NCBI RefSeq assembly: GCF_006345805.1
Contig: NC_042997.1
Span: 46,624,001 to 46,688,000, forward strand
Length of the DNA: 64,000 nucleotides
Origin: Octopus sinensis
Taxonomy: Eukaryota
Reading direction: 5' to 3'
The translations under genes and the position numbers were made by a program. A model generated the notes under the pieces. That model saw nothing but the letters and a program-made list of their open reading frames with translations, had not been told where the DNA came from and made no database searches. Of this stretch, positions 26,263 through 40,859 are shown piece by piece. Every line of letters begins with the position of its first letter. Within the stretch, counting starts at the first letter, position 1.

Positions 26263-27037
26263 TCATCATCATGTGCTCAATGATCGATATTGCCATGAGC
26301 ATCACCATAAATCTCAGATACGTGAACTCCAGAAATAATATTATTAAAGGCTTTACACCGAATCACCTGCAACATATCCACTGGTTCCGCTTCGCACGTT
26401 GTTACTGTCTCCCCCCCCCAACGTCCATCACCATCTCCGTTGTCAACAATAACAATGAATAAGCTAATACAATATCGCTGACACTTAAGAAACACATTTG
26501 ACGATGTGTAGTTGACTGATCGTCTTCAGCATCTGAGGAACTATAAATATATTAGGGCAATCATACTTATCGAACTGGTTGTTGGGGATAGTGTTGATGC
26601 CGGAACTAGTCGTGTTTATGATAGTAGTGGTACTGCAAAAAGACGGAATTGCTGGCTGGTGTCAATGGCGGAGAGTGGGGGGGGGTTGATGACATGAATT
26701 GTCACCGATAGTGATAATGAGGTCGAAAAGAGCAATGTTGTAGCGGATGATGATGATACAGGAAGAGAAGAAAGGGAAGGAGGAGGAGGAGGGGAAGGAA
26801 GAAGAGGAGGAGGAGGAGGAGAAGAAGAAGAAGAAGATGATGGTGGTGATGATGACGATGATGATGATGATGAAGCGCGTGAAGAAAAGACGGATTGGGA
26901 GAAGAAACAGAAGGAGAGGGATTTGGAGAAAGAGAAAAAGACGAAGAAGAAAAGGATAGAAAAAGATGCAAAATAGAAGAAGAGAAAAAGTAAAGAACAA
27001 AAGGAAGAAAGTGGAGAAAAAGAAGTGGGAGGAGGAG

Positions 27038-27069
<32 letters not shown>

Positions 27070-27158
27070 AAGGTGATGATGAAGGTGATGATGATAATAA
27101 TAATGACAATGACGATGATGAAGATGATGATGACGATGATGATGATGAAGATGATGAA

Positions 27159-27199
<41 letters not shown>

Positions 27200-27240
27200 G
27201 GATGATGATGAGGATGATGACGACTGTTGATGAGATGGAG
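26160..27240. repeat. Trinucleotide tracts: (CAT)n at ~26190-26270 and compound (GAA/GAG/GAT)n at ~26750-27240
   Basis: Direct inspection. These tracts generate the poly-H/M/K/S ORFs in the track. Confidence 0.95.
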
Positions 27241-27399
27241 GATCATCCTCATCGAGTAGGCTGTGAAAAGTACATTGGCAGATCTGCTGTAAATGAATTT
27301 GTGTCCCGCTACAAAGTGCTTTTCTCGAGTTAAAATGTCATTGTCTGTTTGTGAAAGACAAGTGAAAGAATATCAATGAATAATTAAGTAATAACGAAA

Positions 27400-28010
27400 A
27401 TGGTGGGTATCATCTGGATGAGAAAATGCCGTAATATCATTCACAGGCCTTTTCATAACAAGACTGAATACATTCAGTCAAGTCTGGGGAACGTGAAGGC
27501 CATGCAAAGTAGACCTCACACATGGTTCCAGCAAGATGGGGCAATTGCTCATACCACAAAAGAAATAATGCAATTGCTACGGCAGTGCTTTGGAGAGAGA
27601 ATAATCTTCCGCTACTGCAATGTCAACTGGTCTTCACGCTCCCTAAACTTGACTAGCCCAGATTTTTCTTGTAGAGATACCTGAAAGAGAGGAGTTACGT
27701 CAGCAAACCGGAGACCCTAGTGTAACTGAAGGAGAACATCAATAGAGAAATCACAGAAATTGGGTCTGAAACTCTTGAAGGTGTTATGGTGCAAGTTTTC
27801 GAAAGAGCACGGGCGAGTGAAGCCGAAAATGGCTGCCATTCGAGCGATGTCAATTTTCATATCTGATACAGTGGTATTTCAAAATTTGAATTGTTCATAT
27901 TAATTTCCATTATGTCCTATATATTGTATCAACATTTTATGCATTTGTTTGAAAAATTAAAGAAGTTGTTAAAAATTGAAACCATCCATGAATTTTGGGA
28001 CAGCCGGTAT
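27400..28010 (+). pseudogene. Tc1/mariner-superfamily transposase 3' relic with right TIR
   Basis: WFQQDGAIAHTTKEIMQLLRQCFGERII...NWSSRSLNLTSPDF (degenerate WPPRSPDL motif). Ends in GAATTTTGGGACAGCCGG|TA. Confidence 0.8.
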
Positions 28011-28116
28011 ATATACACACCTAGATACGTAGCTACATATATGGATAGAGAGATAATATATACATCATACATACCTACATACATACATATATACTTACAT
28101 ACATACATGTACATAC

Positions 28117-28170
<54 letters not shown>

Positions 28171-28246
28171 ATGGCTAAGTTGAGAGATTTAACTCCACTT
28201 TGTAGCAGGTAGACGCTTCGTGTAACCTTATGATAAATATGAATTG

Positions 28247-28332
<86 letters not shown>

Positions 28333-28346
28333 AATTACATAAATAC

Positions 28347-28405
<59 letters not shown>

Positions 28406-28482
28406 TATTTATATATACATATATATATACATAAATTACATAAATACATAAACATATATATGTATGAATATATACATATATA

Positions 28483-28618
28483 TCCTTAAATCCTTAAAAA
28501 TGTTTCAGCCCGAAGGCTGCGGCCATGCTGGGGCACCACCGCTGAATGAGCTACACTAATATGTGAATCCACCTCTGATACGTGGCACTTGGTCAACAAG
28601 GGAGTTCGATGCCGCTGC

Positions 28619-28620
<2 letters not shown>
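28483..28620 (-). mobile_element. Extremely 5'-truncated 3' stub of the CR1-group LINE found at 56888-59600
   Basis: Near-identical to 56890-57030, including the (AAGGATTT)2 tail. Confidence 0.92.
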
Positions 28621-28686
<66 letters not shown>

Positions 28687-28735
28687 CTAAATATGTGTAT
28701 ATATATATATATATATATTTATATATGTACATATA

Positions 28736-31700
28736 CCGTATTTTGAAATAATAGCATAAAATTTTATATAAGAAATTTTTTCACGAAGATACATTTGTCT
28801 AAAATATTATTGTATAAAAAATATATGTAAATATATCAAACATGACAGTTAAAAAAATTTTTAATTAATGCGTCTTACGATCGTTTCACGAAAGTATTGT
28901 CATTATAATGGACTCCATTGTTGAGACATATTGATAGACAATACTTCCGTTCCTCAGAGATGGAACAGATAAATTTTTTATAATAAATCGAATGTGTTTT
29001 TTTAAATTAGAAAAATGTGAGAGTATTTTTGAAAACAGATTAAAATTTACTGGTTTACATTTATGCAGATCGACTTTGGTAATTAAATTTAAACTTTGTA
29101 TATATATCCTTGGTACGTTCATCTCAGTAATCCATGATTGGTTTTGATTTATGCAGGTAGACTTTGATAAGAAAATTAAAATGTATATATATATACATAT
29201 ATATTCTTGTTAAATTCATCTTGGTAATCCATGACAATTTTATGTAAACAGTAGTTTATCCTGCATCCCAAATTTGAGATATAGAATTATCTTTTTATTT
29301 TCCATGAAGGATATACATAGATAAAGACAAACAATGAAATCTATTGATTCGATATTTTATTTGCGAATAGGGTCATTTTAACAGTAACTTATCTTGCATT
29401 CCATATTTGAGATGTAGAAGTTTCATCTAGTGGTCAAAAGTATTAGTATTAAATTTATATTTGTATAACTGGAAGATACCAATTTAAATTTTAAATTGTA
29501 ATGGTTTTTTTTTTTTACAACTTTAAAAATATATGTATTGTAGGCTAAATGTGTTCAGGTTCAAATTCTAAGAAAACCTCTTTATCAATCGTTTAACGTA
29601 TAATATATGTCGTGTAAATATGTTTATAATCAAAAATATTTTAATTACTTTATCTTTCAATATATTTATAATTATTTCCTTATTTTGATATCGTTACTAT
29701 AAATTATAAATGATAGACACTAATGTAAATCTTTGTTGTATTTTTTATAATATTTAAAAGATTTATAGAATTTATGTCTACCTGTTGAAAACCTTCTAAT
29801 TGACAATTTAGTCAGTTCTTTTGTCTATACAGTAAAATATATAGTGATTCCTTTTTTACAGAGACGGCAAATATTAGACTTATGGTGAAGCAGAATCTAT
29901 TATTGACCAATCTAATATATAGTTAACTTTAATTTGTTTCAATTTAAATATATAGGTAGCTAATGAAGTATTATTACTAATTATATAAGGCTTAAAGTAA
30001 TGTATGTGTGATAAAAATCTTTACTTAAAATTAACAGATTTGCCCATGTATAACATATTAATTAAACTGTCTGTTAATGTAACTATGCACTTGTATATCA
30101 CGTTAAATATTCTACATCTACCTTCTAAAGGGCAAGATTCTTTATTTTTACATGAGTAATTTTATTTTTATATTTCAGTTCAGAGGTATAATATTTAATA
30201 CTATTTTCTTTATTTGTTATGGTGCTTAATGTTATCATTGAAGTTGCTGTAGCCTTATTTATCTTGGAGTTAGAGATATTTACTATTTGGGGATTATTAT
30301 TAGTATTAGTTTGTGGTATGTTGCTACAGAAACCTGGTTGAGGGGACCAAGAGATCTGCTCCCGTTGTTTGACGGTTACGAAAGATTTTTCTCTCCAAGC
30401 TGTCCTCCTAGCGGTAGCGGGGTGTTGGTCCTGTTAAAAAGAAACCGGGTTTCTGAGAAAAAGTTATTTTTGCAGATCCAGAAGATAGGCTGGTCGTCAT
30501 TGACTTGACGTTCAGCCGTTGTAAGACTATCAGACTGGTTGCAATTTACGCACCGCACGAAACAACTGGGCAAAGTGATTATTTTCGGAACTTGGTTTCT
30601 TGGTACATCACATCGTTTAGTTGTGTTAGGAAACTATAACACAATCTGCGATGCGCGCGTGGATTATGTTGGCTCATGTACTGGTAGAAGTGATAATGCT
30701 TGCTTCCAGGATCTACCAAGACGTTTTGAGCTTGTAGATCCATATAGGCTGGAATTTCTGAACGCTCCATTGTGGACATGGTCAAGTAGCGACGGATCTT
30801 CCAGGTCGTACATAGATAGAGTGTTAATTAGAAAAGTAGATAGAAAAATAGCTAGGTGCCCACAGTTTGACATGGTCGCCTACAGTGATCACAAGATGGT
30901 CCCTGTAAGCTTGACATAGATAAGTTATATAGAGGTCCCGGCTACTGGACACTTAATACGTTCCTATAGGCTATTAAGGAGTACAGAGACCAGATTGAGA
31001 TGTTGATTCAGAGGGAATTAATCGGATCCATTACTAACAACAAATAATGGTATGTCCACAAGCGAGTCATTAAATACGAGTCTATTATATTCAGCATAGT
31101 TTTAGTGGCTAGAGAGGTTAGAAGGGAATCAGCTCTAGTTAAGGACTTAGAGGAAACAATGCGAGCTGGCTCTGCGGCTCAGCCGATGGCCAAGAGACTA
31201 GTGTTAAATCAGGACCTCGAAGCCAAACTCATGGGTTGTATTGTCAAGGCTAGATAACGCGCAACGGGTTGAGAGGGAATCAATGCTGCGGGATGGCCCC
31301 GAGTGGTGGAAGCCCAACGTGGTAATGATACCACATTCGATCTTTGACGAACCAACAAGGTAAGTTGATAGACGAGCCCGAGAAGTTGTGTGAAACCTTT
31401 GGGACCACTTCGCCCCGTTTTTCGGACATGGGCGGACTGGATAGGGGAAGGGACCTAACAGACTTCCTCGCCAGGTTGCTGCGCTTCTTGGAGCATAATG
31501 TGGGGTGTAGTGAGGTGCCGATCACGCCCGAGGAGGTAATAAAGGCCATGGCGAACTGCGGCGCAGGTAAGGCGCCAAGACTTGATGATCTACCCTACGA
31601 GCTATATAAGAGTATGCCGGACTTGTTAGGGCACCTGATGGCAAATGTCTACGCGAACTGGCAGCAGAATGGGTTCCTCTCCAGATCTGTACGCCGGAGA

Positions 31701-34334
31701 GTGGTGACGCTCATCAGAAAGGACCCGACCAAGGGGGATGCCATTGATAAGATTAGGCCCATCACTCTGCTTAACGCAGTGTTGAAAACTCTGGCCAAAG
31801 TGTTATCGAAAATATTGGGCTGATCGGGAAGGCACAGACATGTTCCGTACCCGGCTGATCCATTCAGCATACTATCCATTGATACGATACTCTATAGAAG
31901 GGCTTAATAATGATTCTGGCAAGGGAGGGGCAGTGGTCCATTTAGATCAATCAAAAGCTTTTGATAGGGTCGGCCATCATTACCTGCTGTCTGTTCTGGC
32001 GCAGTTCGCCCTAGGTCTTGTCTTCCTCAGGTGGATCATTCAAATTTATGATAACATCGACTCGGTAGTTTGGGTGAACGGCTTTCTGTCTAAGCCGTTC
32101 AGTGTCAAATGCTCGGTTCGTCAAGAGCGTCCGCTCTCTCCACTTTTGCATGTAATGGCTCTCGAACCATTAGTACAAAAATTGGGTGGCATCACAAGAC
32201 AGATAGTTTGCGGAGTGTTGGTTTCAGCGTATGCGGACGACATCACCATCATTGTGGCCGAAATGGCTCACCTACAGATGGTAGGAAAGGTCATTTATGA
32301 ATATGAGGCGGTGGCAGGAGCAAAAGTTAATCGTGAAAAATCAGTCGGATTGCAACTCGGCACCTTGAGAGGCAAGTAAATGCCTCCTGACAGCGTAGTG
32401 GGATGTTAGACGGAGGTGTCCGATTAAGTTGCTCGAAAATAGAGAACTCGAAATAGAGAAGTCGGCTGAGGTATCGGGCAGGGTGGCCCACATAGCCAAG
32501 ACCTGGTTTTGGCGGTGTCTATCCCTGAAAGGGAGAGCGGAGGTGGCCACTGTGTTTATCGCATCGCCTAACTGTCGTTCCTTGCTCTGATTCGTGGTTG
32601 ACCAAAGTGGAAAAACAGCTCTTCCACTTCTTGTGGCAGGGCTCGAAACCGCTTGTGAGACGCTCTATTTGCTGCCAGCAACCGTTAAAGGGTGGGTAGG
32701 GATACCTTGGCTCTTGATGCGCAGGCATGCCTTGAGGCTGAAGCTGAGGCACCTGTGGCTCTACCTAGATGGTGAACGGGTGTGGTCTTCGCTGGCGAAA
32801 CTGACGTTTCCCAAGTTCAGTAGTTTCGGTAAACGGGAAACCTGGTTCTATCGTAGATTGAAGTTGGGTACATGGTATACGGAATGTCAGAAATCACTCA
32901 GGTTCTTCCGTCGCCAAGGCCTGTGGTAGTGGTTCCACCGCTGTCTTTTATAGACGGTTTGTAGACGTGGAATGGGATGATACATTAGGGGAGACCCTAG
33001 GTTTTGACGATAATCTGCTTGCTAGTCTGTTCTAACGTACATTCGGGCCGAAGACCCTGGATAATTCTCAGAAGTCTTTGGAGTGGGAGTGTTACCATGG
33101 AGCGTTACCTGTTCGGGACAAACTCTCAAGGCACAGATGCCTAGACATTTCCATCTGCCCAAGATGTGGGCGGGACAGGGAAACCGTTCCGCACGCTATC
33201 ATTCAGTGTCTGGAGTTGTCAGACGTGTGGGTTTACGCCGAACAACTGTTGTCAAGAGGAGGCAGAGTACAGCTGTCAACTGAATCTATAGTAAAAATTA
33301 ACCTGCCGTATTTCTTAACGAAAGAAGGTAAGAATTGTTTTCTCTGTGTAGTAGCAATTGTGAAACAGATGATATGGAAAACAAGAATGAGAGGGATAAG
33401 GTCAGACAACTTCATCTCTTGCCCTAATTTGGTGACTTTTTTCATCTTTTACCTTAAAAGACAAATAGAACTAGAGAAGGGATGCCTGACTAAGGAAGTG
33501 TTTGTTAACAGATGGAAGAAAAATTCCCACGAATGTTGCGTATGAATGTTCCCTCGTGAATGTGACATAGGTTATAACCCAGGTCAATGGCGAGGCGGGG
33601 ATCGAGGGGTCCATATTAAACCCGCCCACTCCACCCGTAATATCATTTGTTTATGTCCTAAAATTCGCTGTCATTATAAATTCAGTAATTTTTTTAAATG
33701 ATCCCATCCGTATATTAAATGTCAAATCATTCGATTTCATTGTTTTGTCTTTGTGTATATATGTACATCATGGAAAATAAAAAATAAATCTACATCTCAA
33801 ATATGGAATGCAAGATAAGCTACTGTTTACACAAAATTGTCATGGATTACCAGGATGAATTTAACAAGGATATATACAAACTCGAAATTTTCTTACCAAA
33901 GTCTATCTGTATAAATCAAAACCAGTCATGGATTACTGAGATGAGCTCACCAAGGGTATTTATACAAACTTTAAACTTTATTAACCAAGTCGATCTGCAT
34001 AAATGTAAACCAGTAAATTTTAATCTATTTTCAAAAATACTCTCTCATATATTTTTCTAATTTTGAAAAAAAAAAACATTCGATATATTATAAAAACTTT
34101 ATCTTCTCCATCTCTGACGAACTGAAGTATTGTCTATCAATGTGTCTCAACAAAGGATTCCATTATAATGACAATACTTTCGTGAAACGATTGTAAGACG
34201 CATTAATTTACAATTATTTTAACAGTCATGTTTCATATATTTACATATTTTTTTAATACAATGCTATTTTAGACATATATATCTTCGTAAGGAATTTTTT
34301 GATATAAAATTTTATGCAATATTTCAAAATACAG
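28736..34334. mobile_element. Foldback-like DNA element with ~620-bp diverged TIRs and TA TSD, containing a Tx1-type ORF2
   Basis: 28736-29358 is a diverged reverse complement of 33716-34334. Ends are TA|CCGTATTTTGAAAT and ATTTCAAAATACAG|TA. Confidence 0.82.
30290..33545 (+). pseudogene. L1-clade (Tx1-like) ORF2 relic: APE endonuclease, RT and zf-RVT-type finger
   Basis: ATETW, SGVLVLLK, LGNYN, SYIDRVL, YSDHKMV, GKAPRLDDLPYELYK, RPITLLN, LDQSKAFDRV, VRQERPLSPLL, AYADDIT and CPRCGRDRETVPHAIIQC. Many stops and frameshifts. Confidence 0.9.
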
Positions 34335-35299
34335 TATATATAATCGCTCGTATTAATGTCTAAATACTTTATAGTATTAATATTTTTGACATTTTATACA
34401 AAGAGCACTCATTATAAATTCAGTGTATAATATTCTAACAGACTCTATTTAATTAATGATATATATGTATATACATATATGTGTGCGTGTGTATACACAC
34501 ACATACACACAAAATGACTATGAATGTGCACACGTATTCACATATATCCGTTTATAAATATCTATCAGCGATAGTAGAATAATTAATAGCAAAAGGCAAT
34601 CCTTATATCCAGCTGAAGGTAGACGCTCTATTCGAACGCCGAACAATGTAGTGTTTGCTTTCAGTCAATCTCTCAAACGGATACATGATGCTAGTATTAT
34701 AATTATGTGCACTTTTGAGAAGTTCTCGCATGGTGAATACAATTATATCTGGCCTTCTTGTAAACCGTGCACTTCAAGTTGGATATAAAGATTGCTTTTC
34801 TGGTGTTACCACTGCTTCTGTTGGTAGTAATTATTTTCTAATAATCATGCTGGCTATTTTAGAACCCTGCATGTGAAAAGTTACTGGAATTTGATATATC
34901 GTTGAAAGTGGGATTTAGGTGGTACGTAGCGAGCCGAGAGCTGTCACTGAAGAGAGAGAGTACGTAGAAATCACGTGAGAAAACAGTTCCGACACCAGTA
35001 ACAGACGAAAATCGTCCCCAACGATATAGATATGTGTGCTTTTATGCTTCATGTGACGAAACTTTGTGGAAACTCGTTGTGTATATTCATATATCTAAGT
35101 ATACTTGTCTTTATAATTGTGTTTGTCAGACAAGCCCCCACCAACCCGTGCAGTTCGGCTAAAGTGTAAATACAAGTACCAGAATTTTAAAAAGTACTGG
35201 GCTCGATTTCTCGACTAGAACCTTTCAAGGCAATACCCCACCAATGAGAAATTAAGAAGACTGAAAATTGAGTAATTATCTCTTAAAATTTTAAATGTC

Positions 35300-35750
35300 G
35301 TATCTATCCTGAAATATCAGCTTCCCTGATATAATTCCACCTACTTTCAGCAGAAGAGGTTGGGCAGCTACTGAGGGCAACCTTGATAGAAACAGCAAAA
35401 GATTGTCATAGTGTATGGTCCGAGGTTCTGGCAGTGTTAATGCGTGGTCGGCCCATTTTCTTGGAGTGATGGACTTTTTTAGGCAGAATCCTCACCCTGC
35501 TTCTTATTAGTGAATGATCTGTATCACAATCCGCGCTGTGGTAACTACGGGTCAGATGAACAGAATAAAGAAAGGATCTTTGTGTAATGATGAGATCCAG
35601 CTGATGCTAGTGGTGAGATCTTGGATGTCTCCAAGATGCCTTGCGGGATGTCTTGTTGACGAAGAATGTGTTAGTGATGCACAGGTTACGGTATGTGCGA
35701 AATTCAAGTAGTCTCTGACCATTGTCATTCATGTTGCCAATACCAAAACA
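35300..35750 (-). pseudogene. RTE-clade endonuclease fragment
   Basis: GIGNMNDNGQRLLEF...NLCITNTFF...SWRHPRS, then H*HQLDLII...TRSYHSADCDTDHSLI. Confidence 0.85.
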
Positions 35751-36646
35751 CATACACTTACATATATACATATATATACGATTGACTTGTTTCAGTTCCT
35801 GTCTACCAAATCCATATATATATATATAATATATATATATATTATATATATATATATTATATATAATATATATATATATATGTATATATATGTATACACA
35901 CACACACACACACAAAACACACAAAGATAAATTGAATGATACAACTGAGTGGGCAAACAAAAATATGAGACACTGTGTAGTGATTTTTTTATATTTTGAT
36001 AAGCCTGGTACTAATTCTATCATTTTCTTCTTGTGAAACCAGTAAGTTATGGGGATGTAAATAAACGAACACCAGTTGTGAAGCAGTGATGAGGGAGAAA
36101 CACAAAGACACACACATAGACTTACATATATACATGCATATACATACAATTGATTTCTTTTAGTTTCTGTCTACAAAATCCACTGACAAGGCTTTGGTTG
36201 GTCTGAGGCTATAGCAGAAGACACTTGCCAAGTTACCACACAGCCAAAGCTGCACCTATGTATGTGTGTGTGTTTTTGTGTGTATGTGAGTATGGGTGTA
36301 TATATGTATGCATGTATATGTGTGTATATATATATGTCTACATATTACCTGTACATCTATCTATATATATATATATATATACATCCATATACATACAATA
36401 GAGAGATGTTTTTGTTTCACTTTTAACACGTAATACTGAAATAGTGATGAAGATATGATATTGCTGTGGGCTCGCCCTAGGCAAGAAGTTAAACATTTGT
36501 TTGCCCATGACACTCCATGGTTCCTAAGTAAGGCATATGTAAAATTTGAATGAAATTGGTTGCGTAGATCTCAAGTTTTAGGGATTCACACAGACAGACA
36601 GACACACATTCTCAGTTTTATATATATGGATAATATACATATATGC

Positions 36647-36698
<52 letters not shown>

Positions 36699-37257
36699 TA
36701 TATATATGTATATATATTATATATATGTGTGTGTACGCGCGCGTGTGTATGCTTATGTATATATGTATTTGAGTATGTATATGTATAAATGTTCAGTAAC
36801 AAATTAAAAACAGCATTAGTATTGTAAACATTATCGACTACACGTATTCAATGTATGTGTTTTGTTTTGTTCGCTGATTTTTTCATTGAACTGGGTGGTA
36901 AAATACCTGAAAGTCATCGACAGGGAGACACCTCACTCCAGATCCCTTTCAGGAGTGATGAATACTGATATTTCGTTACTGAATTTGCTCTTCCATATTC
37001 ATCGTGGCATACAAGCAAATATTTGTTTTACATTATATATATTCATTGGCGGGCAATTTAGTTCGTCCCACGTTCAGGTGCATGAGGTTGAGAAGCCACA
37101 AAACTAGCAAAAACCCGGTATTCATCACACCTAAATTGGATCTATTGTGAGTTGGGAAATTAATAGACCTCATTAATGTGCTACATGTGTTTATACATTC
37201 CCACATGTTCATATGTCTGCAATACTTTTCATATCCATAAGATACTATTTAAGAATA

Positions 37258-37770
37258 TCTATATATATAAAACTGTAGTTGTGTGAGTGTCTGTCCCCTT
37301 CGATTTAGATTCCTAACTACTCCCACATTTTGCGGTGCAGTTTAACCAAATTCGGGTATCTTATAGTCGTGATTCATATCGAGCCCGTCTGGCTATTAGC
37401 GCGCGTCTACGATGAGACTACGATTTTAGAAATAATTTAACATCATTTTTTATTCCATTTTAATGCATAATTTTTCGTGTGTCGATGGCGGCGGAGTTGG
37501 CGTCCATGGTCACACCTGCACCTGTTTGCTTCTACCCCTTCTTCCCTCCCTCGTGAAGCTGTGGGGAAGGGAGTGTAAGGAAATCAACGTCGTAATGCGT
37601 TGTCAAGGAGACCAGCGTTCTTTTAGAACAACGACTTCATGGCTTGAAGACACCAAAACAGAAATGGCTAAGAAAGCCCGAATTGGCATCTATAAGGGAA
37701 GTAACTCTCTAAAAATGCTTATATAGTTATTTCCCTTACAAACCCGAGCAACGCTGGGCGATACTGTTAG
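37258..37770 (+). mobile_element. Non-autonomous Helitron
   Basis: A|TCTATATATATAAAA start. Subterminal hairpin CCCGAGC-AAC-GCTGGG, then TTAG|T end. Homologous to 60166-60562. Confidence 0.8.
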
Positions 37771-38075
37771 TTCATAATAAATTCCTGAGTTATGAACAGG
37801 TACTTACCGTCATAATGCACTAATAAAGCCTATGAATTTTCATCAGCAAATCAGTTTCGTTATTATCATATTTATCCTAAACTGAATGCCGTTCCACCTG
37901 GTTACACAGGTGGAAATGGGTCTGACAGACGGTAGCCGAAAATGAGAGACATAGGCGCTTTTGAGAGTGCATTCAGAAGCATACGCCCAAATGAAATTAA
38001 ACGGATGTATATATACATGCATATATATATGTATATATATATGTATGTATATCTATCTATTATCTATCTACCTAT

Positions 38076-38112
<37 letters not shown>

Positions 38113-38355
38113 GTATATATATATATTATATATATAATATATATATATATTATATATATATATACATATGTATAAATATATGCCAGTGTAAACGCCTATA
38201 CAGTTTTGTACAGGAAACTGAAACAGAGAGACAGATAAGCATGTAATTCTATACAAATCTCCTCCGCACACATTCATAAACTTTATGTATGCATGTTTCT
38301 AATGGTATGTGCGTATGCATGCATATATAAACACACACGATTATATATATATATA

Positions 38356-38423
<68 letters not shown>

Positions 38424-38430
38424 GGATGTA

Positions 38431-38474
<44 letters not shown>

Positions 38475-38980
38475 ATATATATGTATGTATGTAAGTATAA
38501 GCATGTATGTCTACATGTAAGTGCGTGTGGGTGTTCCTGTGCCTGTGTATACTTCTATATTGTTTGTGTGTAAGTCAGTGTATGAGTGTGTGTACGTTAA
38601 TGACTGAAATACATGCTGTAAACTATAATTTTAGGGGCACATGTGTATAATTATGTAGACTTCTTTTGAATCGAGGTAGAATAATTAGTTTGCACTAAGT
38701 TAGACGTGTAAAAAGCTTAAGCAATTTTCACATTTCTGAGTTGAGAAAACTAACCCTTCGATGCGGAATAACTCGAATCTTCAGAAATGTCTCACTTAAA
38801 CTTAGTTATCTCTATGCATTCTGGCTTCTCTGTTAAATGGGATATAATTCGTCAAATCCCCGGAAACAGCGATTAAGGATGCTTCTTACTTCCCTCTGCT
38901 TTTCTGTCTCCTTATAAATATGTGTGTGCGCGTATCTATGAATGCGTGTACAGTACACATACATACTCACACCCGTACAC

Positions 38981-39015
<35 letters not shown>

Positions 39016-40247
39016 TGTATGTGAGTGTACGTATGTATGTAGCTATCTATATAAATAGGACAGGGGAGACATACAAGGAAGCCGAACAGAAGCAAAACAT
39101 GGAGGGTCGTTAGACTAGAACGAGGGTAAAATAGCGAACGCTGGAGAAATATTTTCTTTGACAAGAGCAAACAGAGAAGAGAGAGAAATAGGATACATCC
39201 ACTCCTTAGGACAGTCCTGAAAGAAAATAAAGATGATAACGTGAGAAGAAGAAAGATGGACAATGACCACGTGTGAGATGGTCACGTGTAAGAAAATGAG
39301 AAAGACGGGGAGAGCAAGAGAGATAAAAAACGGCGAAGGGGATAAAAAGGGAATTAGAGAAAAGAATGAGAGAGAAAATGGTGGAGAAGAAAATAGTATA
39401 GAGTTGCATCAAACTAGATTAAGATAATCTTACTTGGAAATCGATGCCTGGCGTTCAATCAAAGAATAATGATTTATTGCCCCAGTATTCCATAAGTAAA
39501 TACCCAGAGCATTCTTTATAGAAATCACCTAATATGTAAATAATTAAGTTCAGTTATAGTCTTCCCTCTCTAATGTTGAAAATTAGAATATATACACATT
39601 TTATCTATTCTGGTAATAATATCATTTTTAGTAATCTTAACATAATATTGTTAATATACAATCACCCATAGTACCCATGATAATTTCCTGTGTATTAACA
39701 TCATAGGTTTTATTAGCGTCTTGCCCCTTCAACAGGTAATTAACATCTTGATTTTGAGTCTTGCCCTACCCAGCCTCCTTTATAGACAGTTACTTATTCA
39801 AATCATAAAATCCTGACAATATTTATGACCATACCCAACTATAAAATGTCAACTCACTCCTTTCTAAACAGACACTGTCCTCTAGCCTTCATAAAGAAGA
39901 CGAATAAATTTAAAATTATCCACAATTCTTTACAAGCTATGACCTTAACAAATTTCATACAGTTCTTAGAGGTGTAGTATATTCTTAGCTACATTGGTAG
40001 CAACACGGTCACTTTCCCTCTTCTTAATATATTAGAGAATTTCAGTAAAATTATATTAATGTGTCCAACTGATTAAAAAATTATATTTATTTATGCAGCC
40101 CTGCATTTAAATTGATGTAATGATTTCATTGTTCAATTAAATGGAGCCACTTGAAACGATCGTACTGCATCACTTCCTTCCTTTGATTTTAATTACCTTA
40201 CTTTGAGTTATACGGATAATAATGCACTGACTTGGTGCTTCAACTTT

Positions 40248-40643
40248 ATAATATTTTTCGCTATATTTCCCACTTCATTACTTTTAAATTCTACTTCACA
40301 CGTGTTATTGAAGAAAGATATTTAAACCTTTGAGCTTTATGTTTTTTTTATCACACCTTATCCTTTCATGGATAAATAGAATGTTAATATGATTATTGCG
40401 TTTAACATTTAATTGCAGCTTTTTTAAAGTCTATATACATTTATGCTTGCATTTATAAAACCCCATGACCTTTACTTTACAAATTAATGATTTTAAATTA
40501 AAATTTATGAGAATTTAGGCACTCTATTTCGATGGAAAAGGATATTTGTGGTGCAAAATTAACAAAAGATTGCATAATGAATTACTTGCGGAAATATCTA
40601 CAACTAACCGGATGGATGGAACCTCAGTTCTTCCACAAAAATA
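40248..40643 (+). repeat. ~396-bp direct repeat, copy 1
   Basis: Near-identical to 49529-49925. Confidence 0.95.
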
Positions 40644-40683
40644 ATTCAACCGAATCTCAATTATAAACACTCACACACACGCA

Positions 40684-40759
<76 letters not shown>

Positions 40760-40859
40760 CATGCATACATTGGCACAGAACGTCACCAACAGTAAACAAT
40801 ATGAAATCCGAAAACAAATGAGTTTAATACGCAAACAAGAGAAAGAAATGGAAAACAAG

